DNA of 64,000 nucleotides, taken from Camelus ferus (taxonomy: Eukaryota). The notes under the pieces are model-generated. The model did not search any database. It was not told the origin of the DNA and was given only the letters and a program-made list of their open reading frames with translations. Positions 12,590-24,241 of the stretch are shown here, piece by piece. Each line of letters begins with the position of its first letter. The first letter of the stretch is position 1. Where the stretch lies: positions 42,286,001 to 42,350,000 of the forward strand of contig NC_045697.1 of assembly GCF_009834535.1 (NCBI RefSeq), given 5' to 3'. The position numbers were made by a program, and so were the translations under genes.

Positions 12590-13520
12590 AAAAATGTTAG
12601 TGGACAAAATATATGGCATGACAATTCTCAAGATATTGGACATCAGACAATAAAAAAAAAAAACAGCAATTCTAAGAGATAAGAAACAAAGTTAACCCTA
12701 CAATCATCTCAGCTTAGTGCCTAGAGAGTTTTACAGACCACAAGTCAAGAGAGGGGCACTTATGCCTGATAGACTCGTAAGATAAGATGACACTGGGACT
12801 TCAGGGAGGCCAAGGCAGCTAGAATATATATAGGGAAAGAGACAAGAGAGTTGCAAAAACAGAGTATCAAAATCTGAGGAGCACCCCCCTCACGTATTCA
12901 GCTGAGCCTAAGTGTCAGGAATCTACCCAAGGCCAAGGAAACATCCAGAAAGACAAGAGGGGAAAAAAAATGCCAGAGTTCACAGAGGGCCACAAATCAT
13001 TTCTGGCTCCACCAGACAGAACTAAAAACCTCGCAAATCACAGGACATTCATTGACTATAATATTCGGAAGGATTTTTGCCTCAGTAGTGGGGCAGACCA
13101 GCTCTAGAATAAGTACAGCTCTAGTTCTACCTAACAAACCTTAAGAGCAAGACTCAAAGAGATTAAATTGTTTCCAAGTAAATTTACTCTGTCCCAGAAT
13201 AAAACTCAACAGTAATTTTAGGAGTACAAAAATATGCAGCACCCAACAAGGTAAAATTTACAATGTATGGCATCCAATTAAAAAATCAGCAAGCATATAA
13301 AGAAACAAGAAAATTTCATCCATAATGAGTAGGGAAAAAGTCAATCATTCGGAATTGATCTAGAAATTACAGAGATGATAGAAATAGTAGACAAGGGCAA
13401 TAAAAGTTATAACTCATTCCATATGTTCAAGAAGCTGGAAGGACTGAGCATGATAATAGAGCAAATGGAAGATACAAAAATGCACTCAAATCAAACTGCT
13501 GAAGATGAGAACTAGTAAGC
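12590..13520 (+). mobile_element. Ancient L1M 5' region / ORF1 start fragment
   Basis: cagcacccaacaaggtaaaatttacaatgtatggcatccaattaaaaaatc...gagatgatagaaatagtagacaagg resembles L1MC/L1M4 5' ends. Confidence 0.7.
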
Positions 13521-14427
13521 TTGCAAAGGAAAATACAGAAACCACTGTAAATATACAGACACAAATATATTAAAAGCAAAAGGGCCAAAGGAAATTAAGA
13601 CATTCATCATTTTTATAACATTTTTGCTTTGATCAAGAATGATATACAAAAATGTATAACCCTTCAAAAGTTCACAAAATGCTAAGGTTTTGCTTTAACT
13701 ATTACTCAGTGTTTCAAAAACAATAAAACAATGGATGCAAACTCATCACCTCATAATCCTAGTTTTCTTTGTGATAGATTAGCAAATTAGGCATCTGTTC
13801 ACATCCTATGAAAACTTTCAACAAGAGAATTCAGTGGAACTAGGAAACCTAATATCCATTCAGAAGTACACCTTATGCGACATTTTGGCAGATGCTTTGC
13901 AAACTGAATGTACAAAAGTGAGTCAATTTCCCTTTATTATTCATAAACATTGTGTGAAAACTAGACATTTTGCTGTTTACCAATCTTGATTTATAATTGT
14001 ATGCACAATATATGGATTTACATAACCCTATACTACTCAATTACAAATTAAGTAGACAAACATTTTCATTGTAAGAAAAAAATATAATTAACAGTAATCT
14101 CTCCAACAAGAAATATTTAAGCTTATAACAAAGATGTTGTAAGAAGAGTATTCTATTTTATCAAATAATGATTTACAGAGATCTAGGATGACAGATAGAC
14201 ACAGCATTATAATTTACAAGTATGAATATAATTACATATACATTCTAGACTATTTTGAAATTTGTTTCTTTAGGTTTTAGCTCTAAATAAAATGCTTTCA
14301 GAAAATGATTAAATAATATTTTCTCACTACAATCACAATTTTGTAGTGACTGGAAAATTAAAATTAGAGGACCTAAGGTATCAGTAGACTAAGAACTCTG
14401 TCCGAGGTTCCATGAAGAGTTAATTAG

Positions 14428-14549
14428 TTCACTTGTTTATTCATTCATTCAAATATTTACTAAAGCCTACCACATACAAGATATTCTGCTAAGAACTAGA
14501 GCAACAAAACTGAATAAAAAACAGTCTTTCCAATCAATGAGTTGACATC
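14428..14549 (-). mobile_element. L2 3' fragment
   Basis: ttcattcattcaaatatttactaaagcctacc. Confidence 0.65.
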
Positions 14550-14914
14550 TGCTATAGATTGAATGTTTGTGTCTCCCCAAAATTTATATGTTGAAACTTT
14601 AATTCTCAACATGATGGTATTTGAAGATGGGGCCTTTGAGTGGGTAATTAGGTCATGAGGCTGGAGCCCTCATGATGAGATTAGTGGCCTTACAAGAAGA
14701 AACTCAAGAGAACCCTCTTCCTCTTTTTGCTCTCCTCCATGTGAGGATGAAATGAGAAGAGGGTTGTCTATTAACCAGCAAGAGTGTCCTCACCAAATCT
14801 GCTGGTGCCTTGATCTTGGATTTCCCAGTCTCCAGAACTGTGAGAAATATATGTTTGTGGTTTAAGTCACCCAGTCTATAATAATTTGCTATAATGGACC
14901 AAACTAAGAAAAAC
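14550..14914 (+). mobile_element. MaLR solo LTR (MLT1A-like)
   Basis: tgctatagattgaatgtttgtgtctccccaaaattt...gccttgatcttggatttcccagtctccagaactgtgagaaat. Confidence 0.85.
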
Positions 14915-15136
14915 ATAAAATAGATGTAAATAAAAATTAAATCTCATGGATTTTATATTTTAGTCTTTTATCATTTTCATCCTAATTGCTATACTCTTCA
15001 AAGAAGCCTATAATATTATTTTCTCCATTGGTAATCACAGCCAATCATCATAATTTTGGTTAAAAGAATAACATAGAACAAAGTATCCAGTAATGAGTAA
15101 AATACCAGTAATTATTATTGATTTTATTATTTTAAC

Positions 15137-15551
15137 TATATTAGGTTAGACTACGTTATACTCAGAAAAGACCATAAATTTATATTGGCTCAAATGCAAT
15201 AGAAGTGCATTTCTTGATCATGAGATAGTATTGGATGTGTAGGTAGGACAATCTTACTCTACAGTCATTCACAGATGCATGTGACAGAGGTTCTGCCATC
15301 ATGGCAGCTTCCAAGGTCACCTTGGACGTCATCTCTATTCTTGACAGTTGAACGAAAAAAAATAGATGGAAGATACTGGTAGGAGGGTTTTAGAGGCCAA
15401 ACCAATTCATATTACTTCTTACAATTCATTGACTTGAACTTAAGCACACGATTACTCCTGATCACAAAGGAGGCTGGAAAGTTTCATCTAGCTGTACACA
15501 CAGGAAGAAGAGAACAGACATTTGGATGAGCATCTGGGAGTCTCTTCCACA
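15137..15551 (-). mobile_element. Old MaLR LTR (MLT1K/L-like)
   Basis: ggcagcttccaaggtcacc...caaaggaggctggaaag...tagctgtacacacaggaagaagagaac. Confidence 0.6.
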
Positions 15552-16104
15552 TCAATCAAGAGGTTACTTTCCATTAAATAAAAATTAAATTGTGAATCAG
15601 AGTGACCTTGAGTAAAGTCAATTTTATTAATAAACTATTTTCACTTCTGGAAATAATTTGGGATATTTCACAGTAATAATTATTTCATATGCAAACATTT
15701 AGAACTATTAATGGCATGCTATTTCTTTGTTTCTAAACATATTCCAATAACATATTAATTTAATAGTTCATCATAAATTTCCTAAAAACATCCCCCCTTA
15801 ATTTCTTTTTTCAGTGAAGTTACAGAGGGAGTGGGTTTTTACTCAAACCAATGTAAATTTAAATCCCTTTTTTTTCATTATCCAGTATTGTCTCTGGTAA
15901 AATATTTAACTTTTTGAGACTTGATTTACTGATTTTTTTCTTTATGATAAAACATTTACATGATGGAATTGTTAAACTGAGTGAGTTGTATTTATGTAGA
16001 GTAGTATGAAAAATATGAAGCCACTGACATTCATGATAAATGTTCTGGAAATAATAATGGCCTTTATATTTAGATCCCTCATCATTTTACATCTTTTGTT
16101 TAGT

Positions 16105-16960
16105 TTTTTAATTGTGGTAAAATATACATAAGATTTAGCATTTTATCCATATTTAAGTGTACAATTCAGTAGCACTAAGTACATTCAGATTGTTGTACAA
16201 CCATCACCACGATCTCCAGAATTTTTTCTTAATACTAAAATGAAACTCCATACCCATTAAATAATAATTCTCTATCGCTCTTTTCCCCTTTCTCCTCATA
16301 ATTACTAGTCTACCTTCTGTCTCTATAAATTTGACTATTCTAGGTATTTCATAGAAGTGGAATCATGATTCACTTTGCTTCCCTTCTCATTTCTTTTTAT
16401 GTATATTCCATAGATATTTTCTTTGTGGTTACAGTGAGGATTACATTTGAAATGGATATCAACTTAACTTCAACTTCTTTCAAAAACTCAACTCTTACAT
16501 TGCTCCACCCCCAACTTTAGATTAACGATGCACAAATCACATCTTCATAAATTGTGCACTCATTAACAAAGGTTAATAAGTCTTTTTATGAGTTTGTCTT
16601 TTAAGTCTTGTAGAAAATAAAAAGTGGAGTTAGTTATAAACCAAAATTACAATAACACTGGTTTTTATGTTTATTTACATAGTAAACCTTTACATCCTCA
16701 TATGGCTTTGAGATACTGGATAGTATCATTTCCTGTAAGGCAGATCTAGTGGTAATAAACTCTCTTCAGCTTTTGTTTATCTGGAAACATCTTAATTTCT
16801 TCTTCATTTTTGAAGGACAGTTTTGCTAGGTATAGAATTCTCAGTTGAAATTATTTTTTTTCAGCACTCTTAGTATATCAGCCCACTGTCTTCTCCCCTT
16901 CTAGAGTTCTGCTAAGAAATTTGCTGATAACTTTATTGAGGAACACTTGTAAGTGACAAG
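16105..16960 (-). mobile_element. L1MB-like 3' end joined to L1 ORF1/inter-ORF sequence
   Basis: ttttaattgtggtaaaatatacata...gtgtacaattcagtagcactaagtacattc (3' end), then tttgtttatctggaaacatcttaatttcttcttcatttttgaaggacagttttgc (ORF1 antisense). Confidence 0.8.
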
Positions 16961-17970
16961 CTGTCAGGATGCGGTAGCTATTAAGTACATCTCTCTCTTC
17001 TGGAAGAGAGTAATTTACTATTAGTAGATTGAACTCCTATTGATGAAGTTTGTAATTTTATAACTAGTTTTTAATTAATTCAATTATAGTCGCCTCATAG
17101 CCATATGCCTAAAAAATAGAATAAATGTACAATAACTAACACTCATTTCCACTTTTTCTGTGTCCCTGCTGTTTCCAGGATAATTTTCCTTTATCCTACT
17201 GCCTGTTAAAGTCCTACTGCCTGTTAAAGTGTTCTGATTTTCTCTCAAAGGTTTATAATTAGCCTCTGCCAGCAGAATCCTTCTGCTTATTTTCTTGCCT
17301 TTTATGTCACCCACTGGCATTGCAATTTGAGATTTATTTTAATTTAACACTACATGTTTTCTAAGTTAGGTTGTAATTTAGCTCAAAACATAGAGACTGT
17401 TATCTCGAATCATAAAAATATTTGTACTAATCATGGCATTAGAGATCATACAGATCAATTCCTTCATGGTCCAGATGTGGAGATGATAAAGCAGATTAAT
17501 GTTATTCAGCTGGTTACTTGTAAACTCATAATATAACAAGCCCCTTTCCTGATAGTCTCATGCTCTTTTTATTATTTTATAATTCTTTTATCTGTTACCT
17601 AATTACTCTGAAAAAAAAACTAAATTAAACTATATAGTATGGTCACTGTCATGGTGATACTAAGAATGTTCAACAACCTTGTGGTTCCAGATTCTAACTC
17701 TTTAGATGTAGAGTGCAGAGGTTAGTTCAGAAGAAGAAATGAGATAGTTGGGGATGGGGAACACCCATGTGAATCAGGGCAGTGGCTATTTACCAACCAG
17801 TATGGGTGTATTTCAATATGGTAATAGCAGAACTAGGGCAAACTAGCTTCTTGTAAGATCAGGTCATTTCCTAACTTTTTCTGTGTCCCTGCTGCTTCCA
17901 GGATAATTGTCCAAACCTAGAATATGTTTTGATAAATCTAGTCTTTTATGAAAAAACTGTAAAGCAATTT

Positions 17971-18077
17971 ATTTAGCAACCCCTCCTGCTTTAGGAAGCT
18001 GATGGGCAAACTCGTTGCTAAGCAACAATTTCTTGTAGCAACAAAAAAATGAACCAGTCACTTTTTCTTTCAGCAAC
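17971..18077. promoter_or_regulatory. Candidate RFX X-box cluster
   Basis: Palindromic GTTGCTAAGCAAC at 18014-18026, plus (T/C)AGCAAC half-sites at 17974, 18036 and 18071. Confidence 0.4.
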
Positions 18078-18468
18078 AAAAAACAAAGCCTTAGGTCTAC
18101 AGAGAACTGACTAAAACCATGTCTGGAGGTCTCTTATGAAAACTGATCATAATTAGATAATTAAAATTTAATTGTATTCAAGGATACAAAGGAGAACCTG
18201 CAGGAGACCTTATCACTTCATAAACTATGAGAGAAACAACATTTACGCAAAACTACAAGGGACAAACAGTTAAAAATCACCTTCTTTTCTAACACTTTGT
18301 ATTACCATATTAGTATGTTAGAAATACTACACTATAAAAGCTGAGATACAGAGAGGTATATCAGGGGTTATCTTGCCACAGGAGGAATAAAACATATCTT
18401 TCTTGAGCATCCATTATGGTTAGCAGTAGGAAAACTCTTACATTTATTCCTGGGTCAAAATAAATATA

Positions 18469-18610
18469 GGGGGAGGATATAGCTCAGTCGTAGAATACAT
18501 ACTTAGCATGCACAAGATCCTGGGTTCAATCCCCAGTACTGCCACTTGAAAAATAAATAAGTCAATCAACCTAGTTACCCCCCCCAAAAAAAAACAAAAT
18601 AAAAACAAAC
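18469..18610 (+). mobile_element. tRNA-derived SINE (camelid vic-1 type)
   Basis: gggggaggatatagctcagtcgtagaa (A box)...gggttcaatccccagtac (B box), followed by an A-rich tail. Confidence 0.85.
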
Positions 18611-18776
18611 TATATAGATAGATATATCATTGAACAGAACCTGAAATCACACACATTTTTAAGGAAACATGAGACAAAGAAATTTTACAACTATGGAGTG
18701 ACAGTTTGGATTATGTCTTCATCTTAGACTTCCTGGAGGTAGGAGCCATACTTTTTGACTGTTCTCTATTCTAGTT

Positions 18777-19303
18777 ATTTCAGTTATCTATATCTGTATA
18801 GAAACCACTCCAAACTTACCAATTTAAAATAAAAAAGCTTTGTTAATTCTCACAATTCTGTGAGTTGTCAATTTGAGCAGGTCTTTCAGTCTCACATGGG
18901 ATCTCTGATGTAGCTGCAGTGACCTCACGGCTCCACTGGGGCTGGAGAGCCCAAGACAGCCTCGCTCATTGTGGCAGTTGGTGCTGGCAATCCACTGGGA
19001 AGCCATGGTTCTCCTGCATTTGTCTTCTCATTCTCAATAGGCTGGTCTGGTTTCTTCACAGGATAGTTCTAATAAATAAGAGTAAAAGCTGCAAGACCTC
19101 TTAAGTCTTAAGTCTTAAGTTTCAGAACCTGCACTTTGTCCTTTGTGCCACACTGCTAGTCAAAGCAAGTTACAAAGCCAGCCCAGATTTAACATCGTAG
19201 AAACAGATTCCACTTCTTGCACAGAGGAGCAACCAGGCCACAATGCAAAGGTGCATGGATACTGAGAGCTGTGATTCATTGTATCATTGCAACAATCTAC
19301 TCT
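18777..19303 (-). mobile_element. MaLR LTR (MLT1H/F-like)
   Basis: ctcacaattctgtgagtt...gtcaaagcaagttacaaagccagcccagattt...gattccacttcttg. Confidence 0.7.
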
Positions 19304-20949
19304 GGGGTTTCAGTGAATTGAGCAGACTCAAGTGAACTGAGTGTCATTCACTTCACCAGTCCTTAGGAATACAAATCCTTCACTTAAGTAAAAAGAACAC
19401 CAATTACTTGGCATGGAATATATCCTAAAGCCTGACTGTATTTTGAATTTGCAAGTTAAGGCCAACACAAGAAAGGTTTATGTTACCAAAGACATTGTCT
19501 TTAACAAAGGCAAAGTCAAAAAGAATGTGGGTGGTTCCTAGCTGCTTCCTGAAGAGAATTTAAGTAGAAGCCAAAAGCCCCGTATCCAATGAATACTAAA
19601 TCAGAAAAGATCAACACTGAGACTGATAGAACTCTCAAAGGTTGTGAAACATGTAAACCATTCAACATGCTAATTTTTTTTTATCCTTTGTTCTCCAAAT
19701 TTACTAAAAGTAAAAACAAAAAAACTATCTCTGGTATGCCTTGATGAGAGGATAAAAGTAGGTGCATATGGCGGAATAGATTATTATCCACTAATAATCA
19801 CACTTCTTATTTATTATCTTCTGCTCTGGTGCTGCCTCTTATTCTTCTTCCTCATAACTCTAAGTTAAGAAAAAAGAGGGGCACAGACAGATGGCCTATG
19901 CCTTAGACGGGAGCTTAGGAAAAACCTTCAGTAAGGAGTCTGTGTGAACTAAAACTTCTCAAGCCTAGTTTGCATGCCTTTTCTTGCCAACTCTTCTTCC
20001 TTGCCCCCTCAGCAACAGCTACATCACCAAGAAAACCCGATCTTAATCATTTTGAAGATTAGGCAGGTAACTTTTAAAACTTCATTACCGGCTGATTGAA
20101 TCTGAATTACATTAGCTTAAAAAAAAAAAACCCCAGAGCATAAGCTATGCCAATTGAAAAGGACTAGAAAGTTTTAAACAGGAAAATTCATTTAGTAAAA
20201 AAATTAATTTAGCAATTTGAGTGTCAATGGGAACTATAACCACAAGAATGACATGTTTTCCTAACCCCAAGTCCTTACAAGACTTCATCCCACATACAGT
20301 TTAAGAATTTTCACATTATAGCATTAAACGCTATAAAGGTAATTTTGGGTATTATTATGTCAGTTCGGCTACTCCTCATGTTTCAGAAACTGCATTTTCT
20401 TATTATTCTTCCCATGTAATATGATAAAAGGAGATGGAGCAAGAAAAGTTGATAACCTTAAAGTAAATCATATTGGAAACTTCTCTTTTGACATTATGGT
20501 TTTGTTTATTAATATTTAATAACTTGCATAAATATTTTATTATGATAGCCATCAAAATGACACGTGAGAATTAATTGGCACAACAAAGTTACACATCGAT
20601 CATGAAACCTTTGTGATAAGAGTCAGCCACAGAGAACAGTGTTCTCCCCTCTCTGTGTATTAGAAAAGTCTGATTCTGCTTTTATAGGAAAATGTGAGCC
20701 TAGAAAATATATCTTATGGGAGGATACATAAAAAGAGATGTGCATATACAAAATACTATACAGGGTGTCTTGATATTGAAGTGAAAACTATTAGAAAAGA
20801 ATCAGGAAGGGACGTTTTGGTACTTCTTAAGTAACACTGGACAAGTTGCAAAATGGAAAACCACTTAACATGGGAACCACCTGTACATACACAGAAAACT
20901 AAAGCAAAGAAACTCTGGACAACCCTAAGTAGCTGCCAAACTCAAACTG

Positions 20950-21557
20950 CTTCCTAATCTCTCCCTCAATTCTTCTCTTCCCAGGGTGGATCACTTGATA
21001 CTCCCTTATGGAATCAATTCCATCCCCAGTGTCTAAAACTAATTTAAGTCAGAGTCATAGCTTTACGGTTTGAGAGTGAGAATCAAATCACTTTGATGAA
21101 ATACACTGAGGTGGTCTTAGGGATATGCTTCCTAGTCTTCCAACTACAGAGGGAGTAATTGGTCAAGAGTTTTAGCTGCTGTGCTTGAGATCCATTGCCA
21201 CGCTGGCACCAAGAACACACTTTCCCACAAGCTCTTCTGAACCACGGACTGAGCACCGTAGGCACAGTGGGGCAGGCCCCTCTTAAGAGAAATAGGAGGC
21301 TTCTTATGGTTGACGTTGACCTGATGATTCCCAGTCTTCCAAAACCTTTACTGGGTTGCATGACAATTTAAGGTGCTTCTACCGAACCTTTTCTCCCTTT
21401 CCCCTTCAGGATCTGATTTGCATCTAATCTAATGGCTACCCCAGGCTTTTGCAGTTCCCTCTACCATTTTCTCTCACACAGCCGTTTCTTCTAATAAAAT
21501 TCTTGAACCTTTAATTTTGCCTTTATGTCTGTCTCTCAGAGGTCCTGAACTAGAACA
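20950..21557 (+). mobile_element. ERVL-class solo LTR (LTR33/41-like)
   Basis: 3' end aataaaattcttgaacctttaattttgcctttatgtctgtctctcagaggtcctgaactagaaca. The 5' boundary is uncertain. Confidence 0.55.
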
Positions 21558-23302
21558 CGCTCTATAGATGTAAAAAATGAGTTCTTACCTTTTCCTCAAT
21601 TCCAATCTCCTCTCATCTATAGCCCCGTGAACCAACCTCAATTCTTATAGCTGAACTTCTGTCTTAGTCCTTTGTTGTGAGCTCTTAGGTAATAATCTAC
21701 TACACAATGTGCCAGTAATAACTGGGCCCTTTATGTCCAAGTACACACTTTCAAGATGCAACTGTTTGACAAATTCATCTTCAGTCTAAGTATAGCTCCC
21801 TTTCCACAGAACTCTCTCTGATTAAACCAGATCCTCCTGTTATAATACACCACTTCATGCAATTTCCCCATGACCAACTGGATTGTGACTGAGATTGCTG
21901 AAACTCTTGGATAGTCTGCCTGGTCACCAAATTGATCCCCCTAAGCAGTCACCTCTATGGGTTATAAACTACCTCAGTTCTTGTCCGGCTTCAGTGAGTA
22001 GCTCCAGTAGTTTTAAATCCTGCTCTATCCACGTGTCTCCCTGAATCCCAGGATAAGACAGTAGGCATTCAGTTAAAATCTTAAATAAGATAGTCAGTGG
22101 CTAAATATAAAACACTTATCTAAGAAGGAACAAGTAAAAGCCCAGAGGAGAGTAACTATATCTCCTTAGAAGGAAACTTGTTCAAGGAGGAAATCAAAGT
22201 TACTGGACATGTGCGTTCATTGAATTGAAAACAAAATAGTTTAAGGGTCCTGAAATATACTGTACTTGAAGACATGATTTCCTAGATTTCTTTGTATCAT
22301 TGTGTTTGTGTAAATGTAAAGTTTAGATTTACTCATCATAGAACAATTATTAAGGTAAAATAAAGCAGGAGTTTACAGCTTATAAAATATTGGCCTGCAT
22401 TACATTCTTATTACTCAATTATTGCTAAATTGAAGTGAATCTTGCTCTTGACCACATGTGAACAAAACATGACCTACTGACTGATTCTGACCCAGGACTT
22501 GACTTTATCCAGTCCTTGGTCTCATAAGGAAATCAATGGTGCCTTTGCCTGGGGAAAATGCCACATTATCACCAATGTAGTGTTTCTGAATCAATGACTG
22601 GTTTTCATGTTAATGATAAATAATGTTGCCCATCTGCAACAGGGTTGGGGAAGGGTAGGGAACTAATTGCTTATTGTTCAACTTCATGAAAAGAGTCATG
22701 TATCTTTGGAAGCTGTACTCTGAGAAATAATAGTGGTGATGGTCTTAAAACCTTAGATATCCTTAAAGGGCCGTTAAAGACATCCTCAGGAAAGAAAGAG
22801 ACTCACAGGCTCCAGTTCCCCAACTAACATGTCACGTGTGGGCTGTGATGATCGGCTTACAACATGCTAAGTCCAAGTCAAAACACAGAGGGGTCTACTG
22901 AAGCTTTTTATGAAAATACTGTTGCTCTATGTATAAATGTCACCACATGTTCCTTTATTGTTATACTAACTGGAGTCAGGTAATGTCTGAGTAAATCTCT
23001 GGATAATTTCAAACTCATTAACACCAACTTTTAACTGGAAATGGGAATTTACCTCCACATTCAAATTCTTTTTGACGGCTCTTTACAATACTTATTTGTT
23101 CACTATTTTCTAGGGTAGACCTTAACAACTGTCAATTTTTTTTTCAGAAGACAGCTTTTTTTCTCTCTAAAGAAAATTTCTTTTAGTCACAACTTTAAAT
23201 AGAAGACAGCTTCCCTTTTTTCATAGTGAGCAAAGAACTAAACATTCCTGGAGTGGGGTGGTTGGTGAATGAGCCCTGCTGAGAATGAAATAACGAATAC
23301 AC

Positions 23303-23303
<1 letters not shown>

Positions 23304-23337
<34 letters not shown>

Positions 23338-23365
23338 AGAGAAAGAGAGAGAGAAAGAAAGAAAG
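23304..23365. repeat. Poly-A with (GA)/(GAAA) simple repeat
   Basis: Directly visible. Confidence 0.9.
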
Positions 23366-23544
23366 CAAAACAATCCACATTTATCTGAGTGAGTACAAAG
23401 GAATTTGGATTTATGTGGGGAGAGAGAAAAGCCTGAAAATCAAAAACAAAGAAAAAAATCTGCTTTGAATATTTGGTAAATAAAAACCTTGCAGGCTAAC
23501 TAAATATAGTACATAATAAGTTCCATCAGAGATTCAAGTTTATG

Positions 23545-23850
23545 GAAAACAAACTGTTACAGACCAGAGATGGCTAAGGAAACATAATGAATAAGTACAA
23601 TGTGGTATCCTTGAATGGATTCTGGAAAAGAAAAAGATGGTGCTGGAAAAACTGGTATATCCAAATAAACTCTGGAGTTTAGTTACAATAACATACCAAC
23701 TTTAATCTCTTAGTCTTGACAAATGTACCATAGTTATGTAAAATATTAACATTAGAGGAAGCTGGTTGGGTGAAGGGTGTGCTGGAAATCTCTGTACTAC
23801 TTTTGTAACTTCTCTGTAAATATAAAATTATCCCAAACTAAAAAGCTTAG
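23545..23850 (+). mobile_element. L1MC/MD-type 3' UTR fragment
   Basis: tgacaaatgtaccatagttatgtaaaatattaacattagaggaagctgg...ctctgtactacttttgtaacttctctgtaaat. Confidence 0.8.
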
Positions 23851-24203
23851 AAACAAAAACATAAGACTGCCAACAATTTTATTTTCACACAGGAGGCAGA
23901 GATGCTTTGAAATCTTAAGTTAGGTGATGTACAGGTGATGATCATATGCTGAGGACTTATAATCCATACATTTTGTGGCAGATCTTTTGTTTTCATTATC
24001 ACTTTCTTTTTAAGCAGTATTTCCTAATTTTAAAATAAGCTTAGAGCTAAATTTAATAAAGATGGCCACTATTTCAAAGAGCCCTAATGAAAAGAGATAC
24101 ATATACAAGGAGATTCTTGGCTTTCTCACCAAGCCATTTTATATTGTATAAAGAAATGTAATTTTTCCAAGATGTTTGTTTTATATTAATATGCCACCCC
24201 TCT

Positions 24204-24241
24204 TTAAGAGTCTCATGCTCTACCGACTGAGCTAGCCGGGC
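24204..24241 (-). pseudogene. 5' half of tRNA-Lys(CTT), tailless retropseudogene
   Basis: The minus strand reads GCCCGGCTAGCTCAGTCGGTAGAGCATGAGACTCTTAA, the first 38 nt of mammalian tRNA-Lys-CTT. It stops just after the anticodon and has no T arm. Imperfect flanking direct repeats at 24194-24206 and 24251-24263. Confidence 0.9.

Noticed and set aside
22841..22905. C/D box snoRNA-like pattern (GTGATGA...CTGA with a short terminal stem)
   Set aside because: Only 57 nt from C to D, no clear C'/D' boxes and no guide target I recognise. Expected by chance in 64 kb.
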